Of a DNA stretch of 64,000 nucleotides, positions 37,475 to 51,030 are shown in pieces. The DNA is taken from NCBI RefSeq assembly GCF_006345805.1, contig NC_043010.1, positions 27,900,001 through 27,964,000 on the forward strand. The letters are read 5' to 3'. The translations under genes were made by a program, and so were the position numbers. The notes below the pieces were generated by a model that was given only the letters and a program-made list of their open reading frames with translations, did no database searches and was not told the DNA's origin. Numbering within the stretch: position 1 is the first letter of the stretch; each line of letters begins with the position of its first letter. This DNA is from Octopus sinensis. Its lineage: Eukaryota.

Positions 37475-37735
37475 TTTTACTTGCTCGTTACTTGTTTCAG
37501 TCATTTGACTGTGGCCATGCTGGAGCACCACCTTTAGTCGAGCAAATCAACCCCAGGACTTATTCTTTGTAAGCCTAGTACTTATTCTATCGCTCCCTTT
37601 TGCCACACCAGCATCAGTTGTCAAGCGATGTTGGAGGGACAAACACAGGCACACAAACATATACACACCCGTACATATATATATATACATATATACAACG
37701 GGCTTCTTTTAGTTTCCATCTACCAAATCCACTAA
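37475..37735 (-). mobile_element. SINE family A lacking its head
   Basis: Reverse complement of the tail and the (AC/TA)n core. Confidence 0.85.
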
Positions 37736-37846
37736 TGTAGAATTTCATTCTTTGACTCATTATACATGAGTAGATTTGTAGGAGTCAGCGCCGCACGTGT
37801 CATATAAACTGTTATTTTTTTCTGATATATTGTCCTTGTTGTTTAA

Positions 37847-38424
37847 CTCTTTTGATACCAACCTGCCAAAGACTGTCCCTCGCATCTATGATATAAACTT
37901 CATGTTTCAAAGTGATATAAATTAAAACCTCCCATTAAAATTTCATGCTAATTTATGTTAATTTCATGTTAATTTATGTTCCAAACACCAGCTTAATAAT
38001 GACAATTACTTTACTAAATTCTTCATTATTTTAAATATCAATTGAAACAAAAATAGTGTATTTTGATAGATATATGGTTAACAATGTGAAGGTGCATGGG
38101 TTAGTGGTAACAGGAATTTGATCATAAGGTTGTGGGTTCGATTCCCAGCTGTGTATTATGTCCTTGAGCAAGACACTTTATTTCACATTGTTCCAATCTA
38201 CTCAGCTGGTAGAAATGAGTTGTGTTTGTATTTCAAAGGGCCAGCCTCGTTACATCCTGTGTCATGCTGAATCTCCCAGAGAACTACGTTAAGGGTACTC
38301 GTGTCTGTGGAGTACTCAGCCACTTGCACATTAATTTCATAAACAGGCTGTTCCACTGATCAGCTCAATTGGAACCCTTGTCATTGTAAGCAGTGGAGTG
38401 CCAGTTATATGGCTAACAAAAGGG
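37847..38424. mobile_element. piggyBac-like MITE split by a SINE
   Basis: TTAA-CTCTTTTGATACCAA ... AACAAAAGGG-TTAA; related to 58851 and 63354. Confidence 0.8.
38085..38405 (+). mobile_element. SINE family D, full length, with 14-bp TSD
   Basis: TATATGGTTAACAA (38071) and TATATGGCTAACAA (38406). Confidence 0.9.
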
Positions 38425-38554
38425 TTAATACTTATATCAGCTGTTGACCCAAAAGTGCTCCAGCCATGACCATCACATCTTTCATTTAGACATCCTGATC
38501 CAATGCAGTGTTAGATTCTTGAGTTTATTTATAATCCATTTTCTTATAGGCACA

Positions 38555-38749
38555 AGTCTTAAAATTTATGGGGAGGGAGATAGTCGATTACTTCAACCCC
38601 AGTACTCAACTAGTACTTCATTTATCAACCCCGAAAGGAAGAAAGGTAAAGTTGACCTCAGCTGAATTTCAACTCAGAACATAACAATGGGTGAAATACT
38701 GCTAAGCATTTTGTCCAGTGTGCTAACAATTCTGTCAGCTCACAACCTT

Positions 38750-38798
<49 letters not shown>

Positions 38799-38985
38799 TT
38801 TCAAATTTTTGCCATAAAGGCAGCTTGGGGGAGGGGATTTAAGTTGATTACATCGATGACCCTGAAAGGATAAAAGGTAAAGTTAAACTCGGCAGAATTT
38901 GAGCTCAGAACATAGCGATGGGTGAAATACTTCTAAGCATTTCGTCCAGCATGCTAACGGTTCTGTCAGCTCACCACCTTAGTCT
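38555..38985 (-). mobile_element. Two SINE family B copies separated by (TAA)n
   Basis: Reverse complement of body and head motifs. Confidence 0.85.
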
Positions 38986-39159
38986 ATTACAATGTTATAA
39001 TGTTATGGAGGTGTGATTTTAAAGAAAATTTAGCTGTTATTTCTTGCAAATCGAGTGATCATGTAATGGTTCCTTCATTGGTTCATGCTCAAATGTGCTT
39101 TTAATGTGTACTTTTTCACAGTTTCATGTTGAAAATAGAAAGAAAAGACAGTGAGCACG

Positions 39160-39619
39160 TTTGTGTGCATGTGTGTATATGCGTATATGAACATACACAC
39201 ATATGTTCAACTGTTTATAGTCTCTCATGTGCTCTAAGCTATTATTGTGTTCATACGGGTTTTATAGAATTTCAAATGGGAAAAAATAATGATGGAGGGT
39301 GAAATAATAAGTGTATATATGTGTGTGTATATATATGTGTGTGTTTATATATTATTCATAGCATCACGATTGCTAAAAGCTGTTTTACTATGTTGAGAAA
39401 GAGTGTTAAAGTGTATAATATATGAAGGCATGTATGTATGTAAAAGAGAATTTATACAAATGTGAACATATATGTATGTATATGAGTGCACACATACACA
39501 TGCACATATATACATATGACTGGGTGTATATTTATAACATATATATATGTACATATGTGAGTATGTGTGTATATATATACATGCGTGAATATGTATGTAT
39601 ATATATGTGTGTATATATA

Positions 39620-39680
<61 letters not shown>

Positions 39681-40562
39681 TCATTTGTGTGGGTGGGAGA
39701 GTGGGAGGGGTATTGTTCTTCATGGTTTTCCATGGCTTCACATGTGCTATAAGCTGTGTTATTACATTCATAATATCTTCTGTAGAATTTCATATTGGAA
39801 AAATATAAAAGGGAAATGTTGTATGTGTGTAGGAGTGGTGGTGGTGGGGGCGTATTATCTGCGTGGGTGTTTGTGTGTCTGTGTACGTTTATGTGTGTGT
39901 GTGTGTGCTGGAGTTAGGAAGGATATTACAGTGTCATGATTGCTATTAACTGTCTTATTGTGTTCAGAAAGAAAGAGAGAGAGAGAGAGAGAGAAGTGGG
40001 AGAGGTGGAAAATGAGAGAAATACGGAAAGATGGTGGTGGTGGAGGGACATGAGAGAGAGAGGGAGATAAAGATGAGGGAGAGTCGGAGAGAAGGGGAGA
40101 TAGCAGATACAAAAAGAGAGGGCGAAAGAAACTGAAGTGAAATTGAGCGTGTATATGGGAAGCATCTTTACATATGTTGACATGATTATCATTTACACAT
40201 ATGTAAGTACAAGTATGCATGTGTGTGTCCCCATAAGCACATATGCAGATGCATTTGTGTGAGTATATATAACTACACACATACACACATATATATATAT
40301 ATAAGTAGGCATATGAACACACTTATAGCTATATTATATATATGTATATGTAAGTGTACAAATGTGTATATTCTTTTATTCTTTTATTTGTTTCAGTCAT
40401 TTGACTGCAGCCATGCTGGAGCACCACCTTTAGTTAAACAAATTGACCTCAGGACTTATTCTATCGGTCTCTTTTGCCGAACTGCTAAGTTACAGTTATG
40501 TAAACACAGATACACACAAACATAGACACATACACACATATACATATACACACACACATATA

Positions 40563-40645
<83 letters not shown>

Positions 40646-40661
40646 TATATATATGTATATA

Positions 40662-40728
<67 letters not shown>

Positions 40729-41417
40729 ATATACAACAGGTTTCTTTCCATCTACCAAATCCACACACAAGGCTTTGGTTGGCCGAGGCTATAGGTGCCA
40801 CACAGTGGGACTGAATCCAGAACCATGTGGTTGGTAAGCAAGCTACATACTACACACCCACTCCTGCGCGTATATATATATTGTGTATATCTATATACAC
40901 TGTGATGTATGCATGTATATGCATATGTATATATATGTGTGTATTGGTGTGTGTATGTGCATATGCTTATAAATATGTGATTATCAATGTATGAGTATGT
41001 GTAGGCACATGCGTGCATATATGTATTTATGTGCTTGTGTGTGTGTAAATGTTTATGAATGTATTTGTATGTTTGAACATATATGTGCATATGATTCTGT
41101 ATGTATGTATATAGTATGTGAGTGTGTGTCTGTATGTTTGTACATGTGTATACATATATGCATACGTGTGTGTGTGTATGTGTTTGTGTGCATGTGTATA
41201 GGTGTGTGTGTGTGTGTGCTTACATGAATGTTTATGTTGGCTCATAATACACACACGTACACACACACACACACACATACACCGCACTCGTATATGTCTG
41301 GGCATCTGAGTACATATGCACACACAGCACTCATATATGTTTATGTGCAGGCGTGTGTGTGTTTATTTGTTTGTGCGTGTGTGTGCGCGTGTGTGTGTGT
41401 GTGTGTGCGTGCGTGTG

Positions 41418-41455
<38 letters not shown>

Positions 41456-41460
41456 TCTCT
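39160..41460. repeat. Microsatellite-dominated region (TA, TG, GA, CA)
   Basis: Direct reading. Confidence 0.9.
40372..40868 (-). mobile_element. SINE family A with expanded internal (TA)n
   Basis: Tail at 40372-40510 and head at 40730-40868. Confidence 0.85.
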
Positions 41461-42029
41461 CGTAATGTATGTTTTGTTCGTTAATAAATACTCCTTCCCA
41501 CTTCCGCAATTTTTATTGGCCTCAACAAAGAAAAACCTAAATAATTTAAGCATTGAAACTGTTTTCCTCCCTCCAGAGACAACCAACAACATCCTTCCAC
41601 GACACATTGTTGAATTCGCCGACCACTGACCGGTTACTGCTGCGGCGGAGGCAGCGGCGGAAGCGTCAAACATTCACCACCTCACAATAAACATTATTGA
41701 TGAGGACTCCGTTTATATGCGGCGGCGGCTCCTCCGTGTTCCCTCATCGACTCCACCGCCCCCCCTTGGGAGACAGACAATACATATTAAGTTTTTTAGA
41801 GACAGTGGGACGAGAGGGATGGAGAGAGAGAGAGAGTGAGGGAAAGAGGGGGAGAGAGAGATCAATGAGATGTGGGTAGAGGATAGAGAGTAGTAACAAG
41901 AGATAGCGCAAACTATCGTACACACACACACACACACACATGTATGTATATATGTACAAGTCTATATATATGTGTATTTAACTATCTCTATCTAACCATT
42001 TCTCTCTCTATATATAAATATATTATTAA

Positions 42030-42060
<31 letters not shown>

Positions 42061-42454
42061 TATTATTATTATTATTATTATTTGAGGCATGAAGAGAGAG
42101 AGAAAGAAAGAGAACATTAGGCATAAGGAAGAAAGAGACAGATGAGACAGTGAGAGAAAGAGAGAGGGGGGAGAGAATATTGGTTGGAGGTGGTGGCAAA
42201 ACATTCCTTTGAGAATGGAATAAATTCCATCACTTCTCCCTGCCATTTCCTCCTTGGCACCATATATTTAGGAATGAAGAATTTATGACCTATTAACATT
42301 GTACAGTGTTGACACTATGGCATTGTTGGGAGGATAAGTCTCTGTAATGTGGTTTCAATTTGTAATTGCATCTACATGATTGATATATTGTGCATATGTA
42401 TAAGATATACATGTATTTATATGTTATACATTGATATATATATATATATAAGTG

Positions 42455-42790
42455 AAGGTACATGGCTCAGTGGTTGGAGTGTTGAGCTTACAATCATGAG
42501 GTTGTGAGTTTGATTCCCAGACCGGGCTGTGTGTTGTGTTCTTGAGCAAGACACTTTATTTCACGTTGCTCCAGTTCACTCAGGTGTAGAAATGAGTTGC
42601 GATGTCACTGGTTCCAAGCTGTATTGACCTCTTTGCCTTTGCCTTGGATAACACTGGTGGCATGTAGAGGGGAGGCTGGTATGCATGGGCAACTGCTGGC
42701 CTTCCACAAACAACCTTGCTCAGATTTGTGCCTCAGAGGGTAACTTTCTAGGTGCAATCCTATGGTCATGAATGACCGAAGGGGGTCTCC
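42455..42790 (+). mobile_element. SINE family E (D-type head and core, different tail)
   Basis: TGGCTCAGTGG head and CTTGAGCAAGACACTT core; tail matches 11245. Confidence 0.85.
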
Positions 42791-42999
42791 TCCTCCTTCT
42801 GTGTATATAAATCCAAAAAATTGAACAAGAAAGCAACAGGCAACAATAAAAGATCTGGACAGATAAACAATACAAAGACAGACAGGAAAAATATGGACAC
42901 TCACAGTCTTCTCTCATCAGTCAAGTTTCTAAATCATCCTTACAGTTTTGGCCAGTTACACTTGAGACTGTTCAAATCTGGCTGGCCCCAAAAATCTAA

Positions 43000-43365
43000 G
43001 CTAAGAGCATTCAATTTTTTGGGAGAAAGCAAATAAATGTGTATGACAACAAAGACAAAAAAAGTGGAGAAAATGTTACACAAATACAAACAACAAGAAT
43101 ATGACAACAGGTGTCTTTCGACTAATAGAGACAAATCAAGTTGAGCTGGCATGTGTAGAATGAAGGCTTTGAGGCAGGAACATAAGAGATGAACGTAAGA
43201 GATGAAAGTCATGAGACGATAAGAGATGCTTCGCAGCCGGCAGTCAAGACAAGAAAGAAAGATAATGCATTTATGTGTGTGTGGAGTGAAGGATGTCATC
43301 ACAGAATACCACCATGCTAAGCTACAATGGACCAGTCATGTCGTAAGGTTCACAGACAGTCCAGT
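43000..43365 (+). mobile_element. Decayed RTE LINE fragment
   Basis: YHHAKLQWTSHVVRFTD resembles the RTE K..WAGHV.R..D motif. Confidence 0.5.
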
Positions 43366-43699
43366 GGACTTGTGCCGTCTTCTTCTTCTTCTTCTTCTTC
43401 TACTATTCCTCCTCCTCCTCCTTCTCCTTCTTCTTCTTCTTCCAATCAGGACTCACGCCATTAGCCACAAAGAATAATCTCTAATGCGAGCCTACTCTGA
43501 GCTACTAAGAATGCGTGTGGCAACTTGAAGATCCACCCACCACACGCGATAGACTGGCAGTTGCACGGGGTTCAAAAGTTACGTTGTTAACCTCATTCCG
43601 TAAACGGTGGCTTTTAACGGGTGGAGAGCTGAACCATCCTGGGGTACAGAGGATTCGCAATCTAGACTAGGGTCTGAAAGTTTACCACACCATTGTGGG

Positions 43700-43925
43700 T
43701 TACACTATGGTTCCTCTGCTTTGTGGCAGAAGTAGGAAGAAAGAGTGTGAGAAAGTTGTGGTGAAAGGGGTTCACCCCCGCCCCCACCCCCACCGGAGCT
43801 TTGTGGAGCTTAGGTATTTTTGCTCAATAAACACTCACAATGCTCGGTCTGGGAATCAAAACGACGTTCTTACGCCCGCAATCCACTGCCTTAACCACTG
43901 GGCCATTGTGCCTCCACTGGTGCTG
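43700..43925 (-). mobile_element. tRNA-headed SINE family H
   Basis: Minus head GGAGGCACAATGGCCCAGTGGTTAAG; shares CACCTAAGCTCCA with 54086-54384. Confidence 0.75.
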
Positions 43926-44134
43926 CCATTGATTGGTACCCATGTGAACAGAAGAGGCCACTTAGATGAAGGCCTCCAGTCAGGTGGAAAGATGATTTGA
44001 GTAAGATGTTTGTAACAACGTGGAGGAGAACGGCAAGCACATGAAGGGAATGGAGCAAATGCTGTGGCCAGCGGAGCTGACTCAGTACCACACTGCCTGG
44101 CTAATCCAGGTGATCCAGGATATATATATATCAT

Positions 44135-44400
44135 CATCATCATCATCATCATCATCCTCATTTAATGTCTGCCTTCCATGCTGGCATGGGTGGGGCAGTT
44201 TGACAAGAGCTGGCCAGGCAGAAGCCTGCACAAAACATCTGTGACTGTTTTTGCAGGATTTTTACAGCTGGATGCCCTTCATAACACCAACCACTTAGTA
44301 CAGTGGACTCAGTGTTTTTTACATGGCACAAACACAGGTGAGGTCAGTTTTGGCAAGGTTTTGGCAAAATGCTTAATCTCACATTGTTCTGCGATCACTT
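44135..44400 (-). mobile_element. RTE-tail repeat
   Basis: (ATC)n followed by TTCCATGCTGGCATGGGT, the reverse of the RTE terminus. Confidence 0.7.
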
Positions 44401-44404
44401 TGAC

Positions 44405-45579
44405 ACCTGGCGTGTTGCATATCAATTTGATTGATAGCTTATTTATGCCGGTGGGGAAGAATTCTGGAGAGCAAGGGGTGATGAAATCAGAAAAGGCTGT
44501 TTTTGCATCTTCTTCAGATTTGAAGTTTTTCCCTTGTAAAAAGTTATTTAATGCCTGGAAAATGTGATAGTCAGTTGCTGCAAGGTCTGGTGAATATGGT
44601 GGATGACAGTATTTTCAAGTTTAGTTCCTGTAACTTGAGTAGCGTTCTTTGTGCAACATGTGGTCAAGCATTATCTTGCAAGAGAATTGGCCTGTCTCTG
44701 TTGACCAATCTCAGTTGTTTAATTGTTGTTTAATTTCATCCAGTTGGTTGTTATATACATCCGCTGTAATTGGCTTACCAGATCTCATGAAGCTGTTGTG
44801 GACCACCAATTAGACCACCAAAGAGACACCATTAGCCATTTTTGGTGAATATTCCTTTTTGGATTGTGTTTTGGCACTTTGTCTCTATCCAACCACCATG
44901 CAGAATGCTCACTGTTGTTGAAAAGAATCCATTTTGCATCACATGTAACAACATGATATAAAAATGGTTCGCTTTTATGCCATGGCAGCAAAGAACAGCA
45001 AGTTTGAAGATGATGTGACATTTGATGCTCATTCAGTTCATGTGGTACCCACTTGTCCAGCTTCTTTCCCTTGCTGATTTGTTTCAGATGGTCCAGTGCA
45101 GGTGGAATTGAAACATCAAACCTTGCTGCTAACTCACGCATAGTTTGAGATATATCCACTTCCACTACAGTTTCCAGCTCATCATTATCCACTTGGGTCT
45201 CAGGTCTACCATGGGGCTGATTTTCACAAGAGAAGTCACCAGACCGGAACCTCTCAAACCATCAGCATACAGTGCACTCATTCGCTACATCGTCACCAAA
45301 CACCTTATTGATGTTTCAAGCTGTCTGGGTTGCATTGGTTCTGCAATGGAACTGATATTCATAAACAACAAGAATTTTTGATCTATCCATGGGTTCACAA
45401 AAAATTATTTACTAGTAAAAACTCACAATATAACCAGACACCATGAATTGCATTTCGAAAAGTGATGATGTAACTCTTCAATGTTGTAAAACAAAGAATT
45501 GTCAGGATAAAACATTAAAGTTAATAACTGCCAAACTTGGTACATAAGAAAATCAGACATTTCATTCTTAATGACCTGA
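44405..45579 (-). pseudogene. Mariner (DD34D-type) transposon, near complete, inactive
   Basis: KWVPHEL, VVTCDAKW and LLQDNA*PH motifs with stops and frameshifts; candidate 5' TIR next to TA at 45580. Confidence 0.9.
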
Positions 45580-46613
45580 TATAAGATTGAGGCAAACATC
45601 TTTCTCCATGTGATCGGCTTGAAGAATTGTTAAGGCACTAGGACATTTTCCTACTTTACTTAACATGAAATCAATGGTGGCCTTAATTCACAAATAAAGA
45701 AATTATATCCACCTTTAATGTAGTTCTCACTCCAAATGCTTGGAAAGTAAACTTATTGCCACATGACCATATCTGCACATTCTCTTCTTTTTTTTTTCTT
45801 TTGTCTTTGCTAGGATTTTGAGGAAGATTTGGCAGCTAATTCCAGCAGGTTGAGTGCTAGAATAGAATCTCTCTCATTGCCCACCATCACCACAGTCATT
45901 ATCAGGAAGAGGTGGTGGAGAGGAAGAAGGGAAGAGAAGGAACGGGGAGGGAATAGCAGGAGGTGGAGGAGAAAGTATGCCAGGTGCTTTCTAAGTAACT
46001 TAGCACAATTGTTTCATATTAATCTATCAAATGTGTTATCTTTGTGGCTGACGATTCTAGATTCCAGTTAAATTTACTACTGTCACACCTTATTGTTTAT
46101 GATCCTCTTTGGTACTTCACCCCCCCACACACACACTGATAAGAACACAGGTGGAGGGGGGAGTTTTACTAACCCACTTTACCTGGGTTCATAAAGTAAA
46201 TGCAGAATTTTCTTTTTGTTATTGTTATTTCAGTCATTTGACTGTGGCCATGCTGGAGCACCACCAGTACTTCTTTCTCTTTTTAAACTTGATACTTATT
46301 CTATTGATCTCATTTGCTGAGCCATTAAGTTATGGGGATGTAAACAAACCAGCTACAGTTGCCAAGTAGTGGAGAGGTTCAAACATATACAAAAACACAC
46401 ACATACATACACACACACATGCATACACACACACATACACTCACACATACATACATATGTACATACATACATACATGACACCACCAGATTGAATGGTACT
46501 GCTCAGGTGTTGAAACCATAATGATATCCGTGGGGTAGCTGATGATGGAAATATGCTGGATTGTTGGTATGGCTGTTTTTGTATATGTGGAACAGTATTA
46601 TAACATCCTTTTG

Positions 46614-46708
<95 letters not shown>

Positions 46709-47489
46709 TATACACATGTGTATATGACAGTCTTCTTTCAGTTTTCATGTATCAAATCTACTCACAAGGCTTTGGTTGGCCCGAGGCCAAAGTAGAAGAC
46801 TCTTACCCAGAGGAACCAAAAAGAGTTTCACATTGGTTGGTATTGAAAAGGAGTCAAGAGCTTGTTGGGCTGGGGTGGAATGAGAGTATCAAGGGCCCTC
46901 AGGCATAACTGTTTACTGGGCCCCTTAACATTGATTTAGTAGAGTTAACATGTAGAGTGTGTGCCCCTCGGACCTCTGGGCCTTTGAGCAGTGCCTGATT
47001 GACCATCCTAGACATTGTTAATGGAGAACTGGAAATGAATGGCATCATTTGAATGAGACTTTAGTTTATGACTAAGGAACATACATGAGGAACGAGGGGT
47101 AGTAGAAACTCACACAAACACACATACACAGATGCACACACACACATATACATACATGTGCATGAGGGAGGGAGTGAAGGCCTGTAGCCTAGCGGTTAGG
47201 GTGTTGTACTCACAATTGCAAGATTGTACTCACAATTGCAAGATTGTAGTTTCAATTCTCAGACTGGAAACGCATTGTGTTCTTGAGCGAATCACTTCAT
47301 TTGCTGTTGCTCCAGTACACTTGTTTGTAAATGGGTCACCACCCTGTGACAGAATAGTCTTCTGTTTGGTTGAAATATCCACCTGCCTGCTCAACCAACA
47401 GGTAGCATCATCCAAAAAAAACCACAACAGTGCAAGGAAGCGCATTGTGACTAGCGATATATAGCAACACCCAATAATCTTTTCCACTC

Positions 47490-47695
47490 TAGGAATAAGG
47501 CCTGAAATTTTGGTGGAGAGGGCCAGTCAATTAGATCAACCCCAGTATGCAACTGGTACTTAATTTATAGAGCCTGAAAAGATGAAAGGCAAAATCGACC
47601 TCAGCGGAATTTGAATTCAGAACATAAAGACAGGCAAAATGTCACTAAGTATTTTGCCTGGCATGCTAACATTTCTGCCAGCTCACTGCCTTATC
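47490..47695 (-). mobile_element. SINE family B
   Basis: GATGAAAGGCAAAATCGACCTCAGCGGAATTTGAA. Confidence 0.85.
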
Positions 47696-47734
47696 AGCAC
47701 CCAATAATCTGATTGAGGCATTGATTTACGATAG

Positions 47735-48382
47735 CAGGGCTATGGAGTCAGAGTTGGAGTCAGAAACAACTAAGGGGTAGCTGGAGTTAGAGTCGAAGTC
47801 GGCAAAACTATACCAACTCTGACTCCGACTCACAATATCTTTATTCTTTTTAATAAACTAGTTATAACATATAGGCCTACTCAAAGTACAAGCATATGCA
47901 TATGCTTTATGAGATATGTAGACCACAATCACTTAATTACATAAAGAGGAGTCGGAGTCGGAGTTGGAGGTGCCAATAGTAGAGGAGTCAGAGTCAGAGG
48001 TGCCAACAGTAGCGAAACGGAGTCAGAGGTGCCAATAGTAGAGGAGTCGGAGTCAGAGGTGCCAATAGTAGAGGAGTCGGAATCAGAGGTGCCAATAGTA
48101 GCGGAGTCAGAATCAGAGGTGCCAATAGTAGAGGAGATGGAGTCAGAGGTGTCAATAGTAGAGAAGTCAGGGTTAGAGGTGCCAATAGTAGAGGAGTTGG
48201 AATCAGACGTGCCAATAGTAGGAGTCGGAATCAGAGGTGCCAATAGTAAAGGAGTCGGAGTTAGAGGTGCCAATAGTAGGGGAGTTGGAATCGGAGGTAC
48301 CAATAGTAGAGGAGTTGGATTCGGAGGTGCCAATAGTAGAGGAGTTAGAGTCAAAGTTTTTTGTTTCAACTCCACAGCCCTG
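47735..48382. mobile_element. hAT-type MITE carrying 13 copies of a 30-bp repeat
   Basis: TIR CAGGGCT(A/G)TGGAGT; TSD TACGATAG/TATGATAG; unit GAGGTGCCAATAGTAGAGGAGTCGGAGTCA at about 47968-48352. Confidence 0.85.
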
Positions 48383-48629
48383 TATGATAGGCTTCTTCAG
48401 TTTCTGTCTACTAGTTTCACTCATAAAGTACTGAATGACCCACAGCTATAGTACTACAATACACCTGCTGAGAGCATCAATACAGTGGGGTCGAATTCTG
48501 AACCCCACAGCCACACCTGTGTAATCAGAAGGGGTATCGACTTAAGTACTTAATTGCTTGGTGTATTGACCTGTGTACTTTGCCTCGTTATCATTCAGTG
48601 TCCATGTTCCACACACACACACACACTTA

Positions 48630-48960
48630 CTGGCGCTCCATCATTTACCATGACAAGAGTTCCACTTGATCCGATCAATGGAACAGCTTGCTCTTGAAAT
48701 TAACGTGCAAGTGGCTGAGTATTCCACAGCCATGCATACCCTTAATGTAGTTCTCAGGGAAATTGTGAGTGTGACACAGAATTTGACTTAGCTGGGCCCC
48801 CTTTGAAATTACAGGTACTACTCATTTTTGCCAGGCAAGTGGACTGGAACAACATGAAATAAAGTGCCTTGCTCAAGGACATGATACACTGCAAGGAACC
48901 AAACTCACAACCTTGCGATGGTGAGCTGGTTTCCCTAACCACCAAGCCACATACCTTCAC
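48630..48960 (-). mobile_element. SINE family D
   Basis: Reverse of head, core and tail. Confidence 0.85.
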
Positions 48961-48994
48961 ACATACTCACTTATATACCTACATATATATATAT

Positions 48995-50385
48995 AGCCAG
49001 TACCGCACACATAAAAACACCATCCGAAGACCCGGCGACGTAGTCAGTCCACTTGTGCATACCTTCCTACTTATGACACTTGTGAAGACCTGTTGAGGCA
49101 AGTGTGTGACACCTACTTATGACACTTGTGAAGACCTGTTGAGGCAAGTGTGTGACACTTGTGTAGACCTGTTGAGGCAAGTGAAAATCAAATCAAATCA
49201 AATCAAACCAAATCAAAATAGATGAACATCAATGGAATTTGTATCTTTGTGGTACCAGTACCGTTGGCACACAAGGAAACCATCCGAACGTGGCCGTAGC
49301 CAGTATCGCATCGACTGGCCTCTGTGACGTGGGCACATAACAAACACCATCCGATCGTGGCCGTTCGCCAGCCTCATCTGGCACCTGTGTCGGTGGCACA
49401 TAAAAACACCAACCGAAGACCCGGCAAGACTAGTCAGGCCATAACCCGTGGCCCCTACTTGGGACGTAGTCAGTCCACCTGTGCATACCTTCCTTCCTTC
49501 CTGTGACACTTGTGAAGACCTGTTGAGGCAAGTGAAAATCAAATCAAATCAAATCAAAATAGATGAACATCAACGGAATTTGTATCTTTGTGGTACCAGT
49601 GCCAGTGGCACACAAGACAACCATCCGAACGTGGCCGTAGCCAGTACCGCATCGACTGGCCTCCGTGCTGTGGGCACGTAACAAACACCATCCGATCGTG
49701 GCCGTTCGCCAGCCTCATCTGGCACCTGTGTCGGTGGCACATAAAAACACCATCCGAAGACCCGGCAAGACTAGTCAGGCCATAACCCGTGGCCCCTACC
49801 TGGGACGTAGTCAGTCCACCTGTGCATACCTTCCTTCTTGTGACACTTGTGAAGACCTGTGAGGCAAGTGAAAATCAAATCAAAACAAATCAAAATAGAT
49901 GAACATCAATGGAATTTGTATCTTGTGGTACCAGTGCCGGTGGCACACAAGAAAATCATCCGAACGTGGCCGTAGCCAGTACCGCATAGACTGGCCTCCG
50001 TGCTTTGGGGACGTAACAAACACCATCCGATCGTGGCCGTCCGCCAGCCTCATCTGGCACCTGTGTCGGTGGCACATAAAAACACCATCCGAGCGTGGCT
50101 GTCTGCCAGCCTCGTCTGGCACCTGTGTCGGTGGCACATAAAAACACCATCCGAGCGTGGCCGTTCGCCAGCCTCGTCTGGCACCTGTGTCGGTGGCACA
50201 TAAAATCACCCACTACACTCTCGGAGTGGTTGGCGTTAGGAAGGGCATCCAGCTGTAGAAACACTGCCAGATCTGACTGGCCTGGTGCAGCCTTCGGGCT
50301 CCCCAGACCCCAGTTGAACCGTCCAACCCATGCTAGCATGGAAAACGGACGCTAAATGATGATGATGATGATGATGATGATATAC
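48995..50385 (+). mobile_element. RTE 3' UTR multimer ending in the RTE terminus and (ATG)n
   Basis: Units of about 340-350 bp start at 49154, 49505 and 49842; terminus matches 60430-60600. Confidence 0.85.
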
Positions 50386-50467
50386 TACTACTAATATAGA
50401 ATAAAGCCTTTTTAAAGAAAAAAATTTCATCAGAAAATACCTTTAAGGTTAAAATTTTAACCGTATC

Positions 50468-50498
<31 letters not shown>

Positions 50499-50587
50499 TA
50501 TATATATATATATATATATATGATAGATCGTTAGCTCCTACACACATTTTTTCTCTCCTTGTTTCTCTCCTTGTTTTTTTCTGTGTA

Positions 50588-50625
50588 TCTTTCTGTTGAA
50601 GAGCGTAGGCTCAAAACGTAAAAGA
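50588..50625 (+). ncRNA. Minimal type I hammerhead in a Penelope-type repeat (about 50530-50715), damaged
   Basis: TCTTT-CTGTTGA-A-GAGC(GTAG)GCTC-AAAAC-GT-A-AAAGA; A6 to T and G12 to A. Confidence 0.7.
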
Positions 50626-50815
50626 CTTTTTCTATCCTGAGCGCTATACTAATACATTTGTTTGTTTGTACTCCACTTGCCTTCATCTTTTGTTTATTTT
50701 CGTAAACTTTCCCTTTATATATATATATATATTATATATATATATATTATATATATATATATTATATATATATATACACATATATATATATATACATACA
50801 TATATATATACATAT

Positions 50816-50860
<45 letters not shown>

Positions 50861-51030
50861 TATACATGTATATTTGTCTTTCCTTTTCTCTTTTCTTTTC
50901 TTTCATTGGTTTCAGTTAGAGGTTTAGCCTATGCTGGAGCATGCTGGTAATGTGTATGCATGTGTATGTGTGTGACACATATATATATGTGTGTGTGTGT
51001 GTGTATTAAAGTTAGATAAGACCGGTTTAT

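Noticed and set aside
41341-41673. Minus-strand 110-aa ORF starting MFDASAAASAAA
   Set aside because: Runs into an (AC)n microsatellite with no convincing donor; kept only as part of the CpG-rich patch finding
47929-48451. 10-aa repeat ORFs (EVPIVEESES / TIGTSDSDSS)
   Set aside because: The array lies inside a TSD-flanked MITE; variation is largely CpG decay and both strands are open
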